Shown here in pieces: positions 63,311 to 64,000 of a DNA stretch of 64,000 nt (its first letter is position 1; the number at the start of each line of letters is the position of its first letter). The DNA comes from Antechinus flavipes (lineage: Eukaryota): NCBI RefSeq assembly GCF_016432865.1, contig NC_067401.1, positions 52,266,001-52,330,000 of the forward strand. Direction: 5' to 3'. The position numbers and the translations under genes were made by a program. The notes beneath the pieces were generated by a model. The model was given only the letters and a program-made list of their open reading frames with translations. It ran no database searches and was not told the origin of the DNA.

Positions 63311-64000
63311 TTGTGGAATGTCAACTGTAGAATTATACCTCTATGATTTAGAAATGGGTTGGCAGCAGTGTTTGTGTCACTTCTTACATCCCAAAATCTG
63401 AATAATAAGTAGTAGTGAAAGAGATGTTCTAAAAATCTAGAGAGGAAAAAGTTTTAAGAAGAGAGTGATCAATAAATAGTATCAAAAACTGCAGAGATAT
63501 GAAGAACAATGAGGACTGAGAAAAGGCTATTGCATATGGCCATTAAGAGATTATTGGTAGCTTTGGAAAGAGCTGTTTGATTTGAAAGATGAGGTCAGAA
63601 AATAGATTATAAAGATTTAAGGAGTGACATAAACACTAAATAAAATGGGTATTTCCATATACATAATAGAAAAGAAAAAATATTCTGCAGAGGGTTCCCA
63701 AATCCTCCATGAACTTTTAAACTTATTTAGCACCAAAAGTTTTGGAATATTCTGTATGTGAAACTATGAAGCTTCATGCTCTCTTCTCAAAGCATTGTCA
63801 AATTATGGGATTCATCCAACTCTTGCCTGAACTACTCCAATAGTTTTGTTTTTTTTAATTCATATCCTAAACTCCTATGTCTCCTCAGTCCAAACTAACT
63901 CATTCACATTTCTGCCAAATTAATATTTTTTACACATCTAATTATTTCAATCCTTTCTTCAAGATCCTTCTATGGCTTCTCATTCTCTATAAAACAAAGT

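Noticed and set aside
1-64000. tRNA/rRNA genes, CRISPR arrays, prokaryotic systems
   Set aside because: tRNA-like A/B boxes all belong to SINEs; no regular repeat-spacer array; the sequence is clearly mammalian

Overview
Mammalian, almost certainly marsupial, genomic DNA (WSINE1, Mar1/MIR CORE-SINEs, marsupial-type L1 3' ends, RTE, L2 and L3/CR1 remnants; probably a dasyurid such as devil, antechinus or dunnart, which is an inference). One CpG-island promoter (~41.6-42.9 kb) points leftwards (minus strand). It has CCAAT and GC boxes and an ATG-less, GCC/GGA-repeat-rich first exon ending at a GG|GTGAGT donor (42136). Two further candidate 5'-UTR exons lie at 37506-37603 and 34589-34683. No protein-coding exon is recognisable, so the gene is not named; its CDS presumably starts left of the window. 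Positions 1-41.6 kb look intronic and 43-64 kb look like TE-rich upstream/intergenic DNA. The most notable structures are a near-identical 6.45-kb head-to-tail duplication (4076-10526 / 10527-16978) with junction microhomology, a degenerate four-copy higher-order repeat abutting the CpG island (41118-41590), a putative 34-aa uORF spanning the candidate UTR exons, and several retro-insertions with intact TSDs, including a poly(A)-only insert. There is a 132-N assembly gap at 18157-18288. None of the ORF-track proteins looks like an intact gene: they are TE remnants or GC/low-complexity artefacts. I see no convincing evidence for a wholly new biological system. TE family names and boundaries are by eye and approximate.
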